A DNA stretch of 64,000 nt from Deferribacterales bacterium (GTDB taxonomy: Bacteria > Chrysiogenota > Deferribacteres > Deferribacterales > Geovibrionaceae). Position 1 is the first letter of the stretch, and the number at the start of each line of letters is the position of its first letter. Position numbers and translations under genes: made by a program. Below are positions 19,876 through 29,862 of the stretch, in pieces. The DNA lies in the NCBI GenBank assembly GCA_050251875.1, contig JBFWMA010000003.1, positions 1 through 64,000 on the forward strand, written 5' to 3'. The notes below the pieces were generated by a model that was not told the DNA's origin, did not search any database, and saw nothing but the letters and a program-made list of their open reading frames with translations.

Positions 19876-20781
19876 TCAGGCCAGCCCCTGTGGTTTTAAT
19901 TCCAATGTCTGATGCAGCGCAGGAGATTCTTCCTGCATTTCTATTAAAGAATATGAGTTAGTTGCTTCAATAAGCTGACGGGCGAAAAGGTTGTTCATCT
20001 GGTGACCGGACTTATATGCCCTGATATGTCCCAGAATTCTGTAGCCCATCAGTGATACATCGCCGATGAGATCCAGCACTTTGTGTCTGGCGAACTCATC
20101 TTTGAATCTGAGTCCTTCGGGGTTCATGATGTCGTTGCCGTCAATGACAACGGCGTTTTCCAGACTGCCGCCTTTTGCCAGTCCCATCTGCCACAGAGAC
20201 TCCACCTCACGCTTGAACCCGAAAGTTCTGGCGGAAGCGATCTCTTTTGAGAAGGTTTCGGGGTTAACCTCGAAATAAGCCTTCTGCTGACCGATGGTTT
20301 CCACATCGAAATCTATGTCGAAGGTAACCTTAAAGAAACGTGAGGGGAGAATTTCCACCCATTTACCGTCTTTTTCAAGGCGTATCTTCTTGTTGAATTT
20401 CATATATTTTCTGGGTTTACCCAGTTCTTTGATTCCTGTTTCCAGTATTTTTTCCACATAGGGTCTGGATGATCCGTCCAGGATAGGCACCTCGGGACCG
20501 GAGACCTCTACCATGGCGTTATCCACACCGAGCCCGTACAGAGCGGACATAACGTGCTCTATAGTGCTGATGGTCTGTTCGCCGCAGCGGATAGTTGTGG
20601 CGAGCATGGTGGATGTGACTGTATAGGGTGTTACTTTGGTATATTCACATGAAACATCTGATCTTTTGAAACAGACACCGGTATCCGCAAAAGCGGGATG
20701 GATGTTCATAACCATTCTGTGTCCGGAGTGAAGTCCGATACCTTCGATTGTGATGCTTTTTTTAAGCGTTGTCTGTCTCAT
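19876..20781 (-). CDS. lpxC: UDP-3-O-acyl-N-acetylglucosamine deacetylase
   Basis: GIGLHSG, TIEHVMSAL, PILDGSS, ARTFGF, RHKVLDLIGD motifs. Confidence 0.97.
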   Translation of the reverse strand: MRQTTLKKSITIEGIGLHSGHRMVMNIHPAFADTGVCFKRSDVSCEYTKVTPYTVTSTMLATTIRCGEQTISTIEHVMSALYGLGVDNAMVEVSGPEVPILDGSSRPYVEKILETGIKELGKPRKYMKFNKKIRLEKDGKWVEILPSRFFKVTFDIDFDVETIGQQKAYFEVNPETFSKEIASARTFGFKREVESLWQMGLAKGGSLENAVVIDGNDIMNPEGLRFKDEFARHKVLDLIGDVSLMGYRILGHIRAYKSGHQMNNLFARQLIEATNSYSLIEMQEESPALHQTLELKPQGLA

Positions 20782-20792
20782 GCCAATAATGA

Positions 20793-20809
20793 AGCAATAG
20801 CCGTGCCAA
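20793..20809 (-). promoter_or_regulatory. sigma54 -24/-12 promoter of lpxC
   Basis: Minus strand TTGGCACG-GCTA-TTGCT is an exact match to TGGCACG-N4-TTGCW. Confidence 0.85.
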
Positions 20810-20900
20810 ACATGAAACCCTTATTATTCAAGGGTTTGTCAATTATTTGTATGATAAATACAACAGAATAGAACAACACGCTGTATTATTTTTTATACAT

Positions 20901-22220
20901 CTAACCCCTGTAGAGGTCTTTAAACAGCATATACTCCTTGATGAATGACAGGCGGACTGTTCCGGTGGGACCGTTTCTGTGTTTTGCCAGAATAACTTCC
21001 GCCACACCCGGTTCAGGCGTATTTTCATTATACACTTCGTCACGATAAAGGAAGATGATGATATCCGCGTCCTGCTCGATGGCTCCCGACTCCCTGAGGT
21101 CAGACACCAGAGGGCGCTTATCCTGTCTCTGTTCCACACCACGGTTAAGCTGGGAAAGGGCGATGACAGGAACATCCAGTTCCTTCGCCAGCGCTTTCAG
21201 CGAGCGTGATATCTCAGATATCTGCTGCTCTCTGTTGTCGCCTTTGGTCGCTCCCATCAGCTGGAGGTAATCCACAAAGATCAGGTCGAGTCCGTGTTGG
21301 CGTTTCAGCCTTCTGCATTTGGCTCTCAGCTCCATTGTGCTGATGGAGGGCGTGTCATCTATGAAAAATCTCATTTCGTTGAGTATGCCTGCCGCTCCGG
21401 AGAGCTTCTGCCACTCTTCCATGCTGAACTTTCCGGCTCTCAGTTTTCTGGAGTCCACCCCCGCCTGCGCCGCCAGAAGCCTCTGGGCGAGCTGGTGGGA
21501 AGACATCTCCAGAGAGAAGAACGCCACCGATTTCTGATCGGAATATGAAGCGTTAAGAGCTATGTTCAGAGAGAACGCCGTCTTTCCCATGGCGGGACGT
21601 CCGGCTACTATAACAAGGTCTGAGTTTTGCAGACCGTTGGTGATGTCGTTCAGATCCTTAAAACCTGTGGTGATACCGGAGAGCTGGTCGCTGCGCTGAA
21701 ACAGCTTGTCCAGCATATCCATCGTTTCGTGCATCAGCACGCCGATGTGCTCCACATCGCTCTTCAGCTTGTGTTCGGCGAGGCTGAATATGCGCTTCTC
21801 AGCGTTCTCCACCACCTCTGCCACATTGTCCGGTTGTTCGTAACAGGATTCGGTCATCTCCACCGCCACGCCGATAAGTCTGCGCAGTGTGGATCGGTCT
21901 CTTACTATCTCGGCATAGTGCGCCACGTTTGCTGATGTGGGGATAATATCCACCAGAGAGGCTATGTATTCCACTCCGCCCGCTTTGGACAGCTCCTCAT
22001 CGGTCATTATGCCCATCACGGTCACAACATCCACAGGGCGTCCCTGCTCCTGAAGCTGGAGTATGCGGCTGTAGAGATGCTGGTGAGAGGGAACATAAAA
22101 GTCCTCGGGACGCAGTTTGTCCGCCACCTTGTCCAGCGCTTTGTCGTCTATGAATATAGAGGCGATAACAGCCTGTTCAGCCTCTTTGTTATGCGGGGGA
22201 ACACGTTTCATGTCTGCCAT
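20901..22220 (-). CDS. dnaB: Replicative DNA helicase
   Basis: PPHNKEAEQAV, GRPAMGKT, DYLQLM, LRESGAIEQDAD. No intein. Confidence 0.98.
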   Translation of the reverse strand: MADMKRVPPHNKEAEQAVIASIFIDDKALDKVADKLRPEDFYVPSHQHLYSRILQLQEQGRPVDVVTVMGIMTDEELSKAGGVEYIASLVDIIPTSANVAHYAEIVRDRSTLRRLIGVAVEMTESCYEQPDNVAEVVENAEKRIFSLAEHKLKSDVEHIGVLMHETMDMLDKLFQRSDQLSGITTGFKDLNDITNGLQNSDLVIVAGRPAMGKTAFSLNIALNASYSDQKSVAFFSLEMSSHQLAQRLLAAQAGVDSRKLRAGKFSMEEWQKLSGAAGILNEMRFFIDDTPSISTMELRAKCRRLKRQHGLDLIFVDYLQLMGATKGDNREQQISEISRSLKALAKELDVPVIALSQLNRGVEQRQDKRPLVSDLRESGAIEQDADIIIFLYRDEVYNENTPEPGVAEVILAKHRNGPTGTVRLSFIKEYMLFKDLYRG

Positions 22221-22663
22221 TATTCAGCTATTACCGTCACTTTTACTTCTGCGTTTATCTCATGATATATTTTTACTTTCACTTTGAACTCGCCCGGCTC
22301 TTTCAGCGGGTCTTTCAGGGCGATGTCTTTCTTGTCCACTTCCACTCCGGCGTCCGCCAGACCTTTGGCGATGTCCGCCGCAGTGATGGCTCCGTAAAGT
22401 TTTCCTGTGTCTCCGCCCTTGCCTTTCAGTGTGATGCCCACTTTGTTCAGTTTTTCAGCCAGAGCTTTGGCGTCTGCCACTTTCTGATCCTCTTTCTCTT
22501 TCTCCAGCTGTTTTCTGGCGGCGAGAGCGTCCAGATTTGCCTGTGTGGCTTCTATCGCCACTTTCTTTTTGAAGAGGAAGTTCTGGGCATAGCCGGGTTT
22601 CACTTCTTTTATTTCATCTTTGTTCGCAACGCCTTTGACGTTTTGAAGAAATATTACTTTCAT
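22220..22663 (-). CDS. rplI: 50S ribosomal protein L9
   Basis: [23 protein letters not shown]. Confidence 0.96.
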   Translation of the reverse strand: MKVIFLQNVKGVANKDEIKEVKPGYAQNFLFKKKVAIEATQANLDALAARKQLEKEKEDQKVADAKALAEKLNKVGITLKGKGGDTGKLYGAITAADIAKGLADAGVEVDKKDIALKDPLKEPGEFKVKVKIYHEINAEVKVTVIAE

Positions 22664-23133
22664 TTCTCAAACTCCCTGTCGATTATTTTCTCTATGTCTC
22701 TAAAAGGATGCCCTTTTCTGTAAAAATGGGCAATACATTTCTGCTTTAATTCATAAGACGTTTCCGCCTTTTTGTTCTCCAGAAAGCGCCTGACGGCATC
22801 CGCCACGACAGCCTCTCTGTCCACATGGTGCTTCAGGGCTATGTCGTCCATATCGTTCAGATCGTCATCCGCCCCTTTCTCCTTCAGCTCCTGCTGGATG
22901 CGGAACATGCCGTATCCGTTTCTCAGCCTGGAGACTATCAGCAGCTCACGGCATTTGACGTCATCCACATATCCGTATTCTTTCAGCCGCTCTATGGTCT
23001 CGTCCGCCTGCTCCCGCCCGAAATGCTCGGTGATCTTCTCACGCATCTCAGATTCGAAATAATCTTTTCTGGTGAGCACACGAAGTGCATAGTCCATGGG
23101 GGTTTTTGACCTTATCTTTCTCTTGGGAAACAT
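22660..23133 (-). CDS. recX: RecX regulatory protein
   Basis: [32 protein letters not shown]; lies downstream of recA. Confidence 0.85.
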   Translation of the reverse strand: MFPKRKIRSKTPMDYALRVLTRKDYFESEMREKITEHFGREQADETIERLKEYGYVDDVKCRELLIVSRLRNGYGMFRIQQELKEKGADDDLNDMDDIALKHHVDREAVVADAVRRFLENKKAETSYELKQKCIAHFYRKGHPFRDIEKIIDREFEK

Positions 23134-23137
23134 ATCT

Positions 23138-24220
23138 CTATTTTGTTCCGCTGGAAAAACCCGCCAGCTTCAGCTTCAGATCATCCGGTTTTTTCGCCCA
23201 TTTCAGCGCCTCTTCTGCCGTGATGAATCCACTCTCTATATGATCCATCAGAGACTGATCAAACGACTGAGAGCCGTATATATCCCTTCCCTGTTCTATG
23301 AAATCAGTGATCTCCCGGGTTCTTTCCCTGTCGCTGATACACTCTTTGATAGTGGAGGTGGTAGCCATAATCTCCACGGCGGGAACCCTGCCCGGCATGT
23401 CTGTTCTGGGAACCAGTCTTTGTGAGATGACAGCGGTCAGAACGGAAGCGAGCTGAAGCCTGACCTGCTCCTGCCTGTGGGGTTCGAAGACGGATATTAT
23501 CCTGTTGATGGTCTCCGGAGCGTCCAGAGTGTGCAGGGTGGACATCACGAGGTGTCCCGTCTCGGCGGCGTGCAGAGCCGTCTCTATGGTTTCGGCGTCT
23601 CTCATCTCTCCCACCAGTATCAGATCGGGATCCTGTCTGAGCCCTCGTTTCAGCGCCTCGGCGAAAGAATTCGTATCTGTCCCCACCTCTCTCTGAGAAA
23701 CGGCGGACAGTCTGTCTGTGTGGAGAAACTCTATTGGGTCCTCCACGGTTATCACGTTTATTTTTCGGGTGCGGTTCACATAGTCTATCATAGAGGCGAG
23801 AGTGGTTGACTTACCGCTCCCCGTGATGCCGGTCACCAGCACCAGCCCCCTCTGCTTTTCGGCTATCTTTTTGATAATGTCCGGCAGACAGAGGGTGTCT
23901 ATGTCCGGTATGGTCTCCGGTATCACACGCAGAACCATGCCTATCATGCCCCGCTGGATATAGGCGTTCACCCTGAAACGGGCTGTGCCTTTCAGAGCGT
24001 ATGCGAAATCCGCTTCTTTCTTATCTTTGAACTCGTTTTTCATAGAGGGCGGCATGATCGATCCAGCCATCTTCACGGCGTCTTCCGCCGTGACTGTCCC
24101 GAAATCCGCCATATCCTCTATCTCTCCGTGCAGACGCACGATAGGAGGACGCCCCACTTTTATGTGGACGTCAGAAGCCCCTGTCTCCGCAGCCTGCCGC
24201 AGAATAGAGTTTATATCCAT
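23138..24220 (-). CDS. pilT: PilT/PilU-family retraction ATPase
   Basis: ASDVHIKVG, GITGSGKST, LRQDPD, AETGHLVMSTLHT. Confidence 0.9.
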   Translation of the reverse strand: MDINSILRQAAETGASDVHIKVGRPPIVRLHGEIEDMADFGTVTAEDAVKMAGSIMPPSMKNEFKDKKEADFAYALKGTARFRVNAYIQRGMIGMVLRVIPETIPDIDTLCLPDIIKKIAEKQRGLVLVTGITGSGKSTTLASMIDYVNRTRKINVITVEDPIEFLHTDRLSAVSQREVGTDTNSFAEALKRGLRQDPDLILVGEMRDAETIETALHAAETGHLVMSTLHTLDAPETINRIISVFEPHRQEQVRLQLASVLTAVISQRLVPRTDMPGRVPAVEIMATTSTIKECISDRERTREITDFIEQGRDIYGSQSFDQSLMDHIESGFITAEEALKWAKKPDDLKLKLAGFSSGTK

Positions 24221-24234
24221 TCTTCAGCCGTTCC

Positions 24235-25254
24235 TTAATCCTCGTGGGATTCAGGCGCTTTTGCCTCGCCCATGGCGAATCTGGCTCTGATCTTGTCTTC
24301 CAGCTCCTGAGCCACCTCGGGGTTTTCTTTCAGATAGGTTCTGGAGTTCTCTTTACCCTGACCTATCTTGGTGTCGTTATAGCTGAACCAGGCTCCTGCC
24401 TTGTTGATGAATCCGGCATCCACGCCCATGTCGATTATGAGTCCCTCACGGGAAACGCCTTCACCGTACATGATGTCAAATTCGGCTGTTTTGAAAGGGG
24501 GAGCGACTTTGTTTTTCACAACTTTCGCTATACCGTGGTTGCCCACTACCTCTTCCTTCTCTTTCAGCGCCTGAGATTTTTTGATCTCTATACGCATGGA
24601 AGCGTAAAATTTAAGGGCGTTACCGCCTGTGGTGGTCTCGGGGTTGCCGTATACCACGCCGATTTTCGAACGTGTCTGGTTTATGAATATCAGTGTCGCC
24701 TGAGATTTGTTAACTATGCTGGTGAGCTTTCTGAGCGCCTGAGACATCAGTCTCGCCTGAAGTCCCATGTGGGAATCGCCCATCTCGCCCTCTATCTCCG
24801 CTCTGGGAGTCAGAGCCGCCACGGAGTCCACGACTATGATGTCGATAGCGCCGCTTCTTACAAGTGTCTCTGTGATCTCCAGAGCCGCCTCGCCGCTGTC
24901 CGGCTGGCTGACCAGAAGGTTGTCGGTGTCAACGCCGATGGACTTTGCGTATACAGGGTCAAGAGCGTGCTCAGCGTCCACGAACGCCGCCGCCCCTCCC
25001 GCTTTCTGCGCTTCCGCTATGGCGTGCAGAGCGATGGTGGTCTTACCGCTGGATTCCGCTCCGTATATCTCTATAATTCGTCCTTTGGGAAAACCGCCCA
25101 CACCAAGAGCGATATCCAGAGAGAGGATACCTGTGGAAACTATGGGGAGCTTTTCTATGGGTTTGTCACCCAGACGCATTACGGCGCCTTTTCCAAAATC
25201 TTTCTCTATCTTGCCCAGAGCCAGATCCAGTGCTTTTTTCTTATCAGAATCCAT
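24235..25254 (-). CDS. recA: Recombinase RecA
   Basis: [23 protein letters not shown]. Confidence 0.99.
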   Translation of the reverse strand: MDSDKKKALDLALGKIEKDFGKGAVMRLGDKPIEKLPIVSTGILSLDIALGVGGFPKGRIIEIYGAESSGKTTIALHAIAEAQKAGGAAAFVDAEHALDPVYAKSIGVDTDNLLVSQPDSGEAALEITETLVRSGAIDIIVVDSVAALTPRAEIEGEMGDSHMGLQARLMSQALRKLTSIVNKSQATLIFINQTRSKIGVVYGNPETTTGGNALKFYASMRIEIKKSQALKEKEEVVGNHGIAKVVKNKVAPPFKTAEFDIMYGEGVSREGLIIDMGVDAGFINKAGAWFSYNDTKIGQGKENSRTYLKENPEVAQELEDKIRARFAMGEAKAPESHED

Positions 25255-25324
25255 ATATCCTCCGTATATCTTTTGTGTCCATGCTCATATTACTACAAAA
25301 ATTCTCTTATGAAAAGGGCTGTCC

Positions 25325-26206
25325 TCAGCCGTTCAGCTCTTTCAGCCTCTGTTCTATATCTTCGCCTTTTCTGGCTATAATCAGCCTTGTTCCCGTGTCC
25401 ACCACGATCAGGTCGTCCACGCCCAGCAGGGTGACGTCCCTCTGCTCCAGAAAAACCATATTGCCCTTCGCCCCGGCGAACTCCGCCACGCCGTATGTAT
25501 CGCCCATGTTTGCGGAGGCATTGCCGTTTTCGTCCCTTGAAGACGATTCGTATATCTCTCTGAAGTTGTCCATAATCCTAACCCCCTTCACCGGCGGCAT
25601 CAGCATCTTGTTCTCACTTTTGCACAGCAAAGCGTCAGTTACTGTCGCCGGAGGAAATTTTTCCATAAATTTTCCGCAGTATTTATGCGTGACCTGAGTG
25701 CTCCGCTTATTGCTGTGCACCAGAAACGATATGCTGTAGAATTCCGGGCTGATGTTTTTCAGCTCTTCCAGAAGGACAGACGCCTGAAAACAGACCATTC
25801 CCTCGCCTATTTTGACTATATGCCCCTGATCAGCCAGCTTCTGCGCCTCGGTGACAGAGGCTGTGTATGCCTCTTCGTCATCGAAATCATACCAGCCGGG
25901 GGTTATGAGGATTGTTTCATCTTTATACTGATGGGCGATGAGGGAAACCAGAGGCGCTATTCCTCTGTGGGAAGGTTCTATGAAATATGTGACGTCTCCG
26001 AACTCTCCGAGCATGTCCCGCATGCCCTCGAAATCCGCCTGCTCGGCGGCTATCACGGCGGATGAGCAGAGTTTGGCGTTGCGTCTGACCGCCCTGACGG
26101 CAAGGCTCTCTTCTCCGTTAAAGCTCCGCACGGAAAAAGGCAGACCATAAGGAGACAGCCCGGCGAGACCGCCCGTGTTCTCTCTTAATATAACCAGACC
26201 TATCAT
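25325..26206 (-). CDS. Degenerate mannose-1-phosphate guanylyltransferase-like protein
   Basis: Overall ManC layout (ESL..RAVRR, FIEP, C-terminal LLGVDDLIVVDT), but the GGxGxRL and PKQ motifs are replaced. Confidence 0.6.
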   Translation of the reverse strand: MIGLVILRENTGGLAGLSPYGLPFSVRSFNGEESLAVRAVRRNAKLCSSAVIAAEQADFEGMRDMLGEFGDVTYFIEPSHRGIAPLVSLIAHQYKDETILITPGWYDFDDEEAYTASVTEAQKLADQGHIVKIGEGMVCFQASVLLEELKNISPEFYSISFLVHSNKRSTQVTHKYCGKFMEKFPPATVTDALLCKSENKMLMPPVKGVRIMDNFREIYESSSRDENGNASANMGDTYGVAEFAGAKGNMVFLEQRDVTLLGVDDLIVVDTGTRLIIARKGEDIEQRLKELNG

Positions 26207-26373
26207 GCGCCAACCTTAATAAAACCCAAAAACACTATACAATCCCCTGATATTATACTATAATTCAGCGAAAACAGATGATGCGCGGCACGCTTGTTTT
26301 CCGGCAATTATAGTGCAGTTTGACCTATTTGAAAACACCTAGATAATTATATATTTCAGATAAGGAGCCACCC

Positions 26374-27300
26374 ATGATATCTCTGATCAAACAGGAATGG
26401 AAAGCCAATCCTTCGCAGAAAAACACCCCCGGAATGCTCGGATTCAGCGAAACCGCCATGCTCTATTATCTGGCGAAAGACTACTATAAAGGCTACGGAG
26501 AAATAATAGACCTCGGGGCTTTTATCGGCGCTTCCTCCTTCGCCCTGTCAAGGGGACTCAGAGAGAACTGCATAGCGGAGAAAGCGGGACGCATTCACGC
26601 CTATGACAAGTTCGAGGCGAATGACAAATATCTGCACGACTTCATAATCAAATATGTCGATAAGGAATTTCCCACTGACGGCGATTTCCTTTCCCTTTAC
26701 TATAAATCAGTTGACGGATACAACGAATATCTGAATGTCAACAAGGGCGATTTCACCACCGCGAAATGGCTGGGACACCCTGTGGAGATACTGTTCATAG
26801 ATATAGCAAAAAACACAGAGCTGAACGGCACAGCCATCAGAGAGTTTTTTCCCGCTCTCATGCCAGGCAGATCAGTGGTAATACATCAGGACTATCACCA
26901 TCCGTCTCTGCCCTTCATCCATGTCACCATGGAATACCTCTCAGACCACTTCACCATAGTTAACGAAAAGACCGACTATTCCATACTCTATCTGAATACA
27001 TCCAAGATACCGGCGGAAAAGCTGAAAAAAGCCGCCGACTATGACTTCACCCCTGAAGAGAAGCTGGAATATATGAACAGAGCTATCGCCAAAATCAGCC
27101 CGGCACAGAGAACCAACATCCTGCTGGCAAAGCTGATACTGCTTCTCATCGAGTTCAAGGGCGAAGGCGCCACCGAAGAGTTTCTGCGGATGCTCGAAAC
27201 CGGAGAACTTGATATTAACGACAAATTCTGGAAATATCATGCGCCTCTGGTAACCAAACGCCTGAAACTTGGCGATATGAAGATACCCGGTCTGGACTAG
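26374..27300 (+). CDS. Class I SAM-dependent methyltransferase
   Basis: IIDLGAFIGASS, ILFIDIAK, VVIHQDY; AAGGAG RBS. Confidence 0.75.
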   Translation: MISLIKQEWKANPSQKNTPGMLGFSETAMLYYLAKDYYKGYGEIIDLGAFIGASSFALSRGLRENCIAEKAGRIHAYDKFEANDKYLHDFIIKYVDKEFPTDGDFLSLYYKSVDGYNEYLNVNKGDFTTAKWLGHPVEILFIDIAKNTELNGTAIREFFPALMPGRSVVIHQDYHHPSLPFIHVTMEYLSDHFTIVNEKTDYSILYLNTSKIPAEKLKKAADYDFTPEEKLEYMNRAIAKISPAQRTNILLAKLILLLIEFKGEGATEEFLRMLETGELDINDKFWKYHAPLVTKRLKLGDMKIPGLD

Positions 27301-27309
27301 ATCATAAAA

Positions 27310-29058
27310 ATGGAATTTAACCCGGATAAATATATAGAAGAGACTCTCAGCCTGTTTTCCGGCAAAAGTCTGTCTCTGGACGTTATAAAACAGTTTATAA
27401 TCTTCGAAAACAGGCATCAGCTCCATAAAAACGCTGAATATAAAGACAAATATGAGCAGCTCTTCACTGTTATCAGGGACAATATAATCATCCCCAATAT
27501 CCAGAAAACAGCTCTCGTCCCCTTTTTCGAGGATATATCCAATCTATACAGGCTGTCATGCGCCGATCTGCCTCCGTCCGACAGGATAAAGCATCTTCTG
27601 ACGGCAATAGAGTCCTCATTCGGCTCAAACGATCAGAACAGCAGATTCTGGCTGCTTCGGGCTGTGTTTCTGCTCAGAACATTTCAAAATCAGAGTTACA
27701 GAGAAGATTTTCTCACCCGTCTGTCATACATCCAGTCGTTCATGTGTTTCAAAAGCCAGGCGGAGCTGAACGGGTTCGCCGCTTTCATGCGGTATCATTA
27801 TCCGGACGCTCACGAGCTGATGTCCATGCTTTTGAAAAACGTGTTCAACGACAGTTTCAGCCATCGCTCACTCACAGAGAAAAAAGCAGGCGTAATGTGG
27901 GTGGTGGAGATAATCTGGAACATGGTTCACAAGGAGCATCCGGCTCACATGATCCTCATGGACAGCTGGCTGGATATCTTTTATAAAGCGATGAAAGACG
28001 GCGATGACGAGCTGGCTTTTTATATGAATTTTCCCATCGGGCATATCTTTCTGAATAACTGCAGTGAACAGGACTGTATGAAAGTATTCAACGAAAAGCT
28101 GGAAATTCCATTCTCAGATTACGTTCAGGCTAACTCCGCCCGCTGGGGGCTCAGCCCCGTGACAGAAACCCGCCACGAGGGCAAAAAAAGGCTGGCGTTC
28201 GTCTTTGACCGGATTATCGGTTCATCGCCTGTCAAACTTCTGATATCTCTTCTGAATTACATGAGGACCTGCGATGAGTACGAGCTGTACGTCTATGACA
28301 TGGCATACATAGAAAAGTCCGAATCGGTCAAGGAATACATAGACGAAATCACTGCCGCAGGAGCAAAATATATCAGCAACCACAGTCTGATAAACGATGC
28401 TCACCTTCTGCACTACTACAGCCACTTTAACAAAAACATGCGCCTGCGTGAAAGAATCACTGCGGACGGCATAGACGTGCTGGTAGTCACCAACGGCAGA
28501 TCACAGGCAAACTTTCTGCTGTCGTCCCGCTCCGCCCCTCTTCAGGTCTACTGGGATCACGGCAACCACGAATATGACACGCACGGCATAGACAGGCGGA
28601 TATCCCACTTCGATGACGGATATGACAGCGGGCACGAAGTGCACCGGTTCGTCACTATCATGCTGGACAAATATCTCAATCCTGATCCTGAAACATACAG
28701 AGCGAAAGCTGACGAGATCAGAAAACAGCTTCCTCCCCATAAAGTTGTGCTGGGGAGCATAGGCAGGATAATGAAACTTTCCGATGAATATCTGGAAACC
28801 GTGGCCGATATATTAAAACAGCACCCGGACGCTGTTTATCTCGCCTGCGGCACAGGTCCCATAGATGAAAAGAGACAAAAAGTAAAAGAGCTGGGTATCG
28901 CCGACAGATTCATCTTTGCCGGATGGGTCGACTCCCATATATACGGTCATGTGATAGACATCTATCTGAACACCTTTCCGCTGTCCGGCGGAGAGAGCGT
29001 GGCGGAGTTTATGGCGAAGGGGCTGGACAAAGTTTTGATACAACATCCTAAGGGTTAA
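27310..29058 (+). CDS. GT-B glycosyltransferase with GT41 (OGT/SPINDLY)-like C-terminal catalytic region
   Basis: RSAPLQVYW, GSIGRIMKL, FAGWVD and DIYLNTFPLSGGES resemble the DxxLDTFPYxGG motif. The helical N-terminus has unknown function. Confidence 0.6.
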   Translation: MEFNPDKYIEETLSLFSGKSLSLDVIKQFIIFENRHQLHKNAEYKDKYEQLFTVIRDNIIIPNIQKTALVPFFEDISNLYRLSCADLPPSDRIKHLLTAIESSFGSNDQNSRFWLLRAVFLLRTFQNQSYREDFLTRLSYIQSFMCFKSQAELNGFAAFMRYHYPDAHELMSMLLKNVFNDSFSHRSLTEKKAGVMWVVEIIWNMVHKEHPAHMILMDSWLDIFYKAMKDGDDELAFYMNFPIGHIFLNNCSEQDCMKVFNEKLEIPFSDYVQANSARWGLSPVTETRHEGKKRLAFVFDRIIGSSPVKLLISLLNYMRTCDEYELYVYDMAYIEKSESVKEYIDEITAAGAKYISNHSLINDAHLLHYYSHFNKNMRLRERITADGIDVLVVTNGRSQANFLLSSRSAPLQVYWDHGNHEYDTHGIDRRISHFDDGYDSGHEVHRFVTIMLDKYLNPDPETYRAKADEIRKQLPPHKVVLGSIGRIMKLSDEYLETVADILKQHPDAVYLACGTGPIDEKRQKVKELGIADRFIFAGWVDSHIYGHVIDIYLNTFPLSGGESVAEFMAKGLDKVLIQHPKG

Positions 29059-29067
29059 GGTAAAGTT

Positions 29068-29862
29068 ATGGGCATATACATACTGACAGCAGTACAGCGC
29101 TCAGGCACAGGGGCTCTCGGTTCGCTTCTTAACCGTTCAGACGAAATAAGCTACCTCGGCGAGGTTTTTCGTCCGGACACTCAGGGTATCGACTATTACT
29201 ATTTTTCATATCTGCTAAAAAAAGCTAAAGAAAACAGCGAATATATTATCCCAGGCAGCAGAGAAATCCAGTTTGGCAGAATCAATGAATATTTTGATTA
29301 CCTTCAGTCTATCAACACTAAAAAGCATACTCTGATAGATATAAAATACAACTCGCTGCACATAATGGATCAGGCGTGGAAAAATCTTACGGAAGAACCC
29401 ACGATGATCGGCTATATGCTGGAGCACAAAATCCCCGTTATCAGTCTGACACGGCACAACCTGATTCAGCTCTATGTCTCTGCCCGTCTGGCGGAGGCAA
29501 ATAACGTATGGCATGCCACGGAAAGCAGAGAAATACGCCACAGCTCCGTCACTGTCAACACTGACGATGTCTACTGGTGGATGGTTCTATATGATTATGA
29601 GATCGAGAGAATGAGATATTTTTTAAGGCATCATCCCCGCCAGATCACTCTGGAATATTCTCAGCTTTTTAATCCGGACGGCACGCTGAGAGAGCATGCG
29701 GAAGCCAAGCTGGAAAGTTTTTTCGAGTGCAATGGACTGAAGGAGCTGAAACCGGAATACATAAAACAATCAGACAACGATCTCAGAAAGAAAATAACCA
29801 ACTATGACGAATTATGCGTTAGGCTGAGCAATACAAAATTTGAGTGGATGCTTTATGAATAA
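29068..29862 (+). CDS. Sulfotransferase (Stf0/NodH/LpsS-like)
   Basis: 5'-PSB loop QRSGT..LGEVF, 3'-PB LTRHNLIQLYVS, ITNYDEL end. Confidence 0.75.
   Translation: MGIYILTAVQRSGTGALGSLLNRSDEISYLGEVFRPDTQGIDYYYFSYLLKKAKENSEYIIPGSREIQFGRINEYFDYLQSINTKKHTLIDIKYNSLHIMDQAWKNLTEEPTMIGYMLEHKIPVISLTRHNLIQLYVSARLAEANNVWHATESREIRHSSVTVNTDDVYWWMVLYDYEIERMRYFLRHHPRQITLEYSQLFNPDGTLREHAEAKLESFFECNGLKELKPEYIKQSDNDLRKKITNYDELCVRLSNTKFEWMLYE

Noticed and set aside
24244..25380. 378-aa ORF antisense to recA
   Set aside because: It is a shadow frame of a highly conserved, codon-biased gene. Similar antisense ORFs overlie many genes here.
26285..26302. sigma54 promoter for the island (CGGCACGCTTGTTTT)
   Set aside because: The -12 TTGC element is absent at the required spacing.
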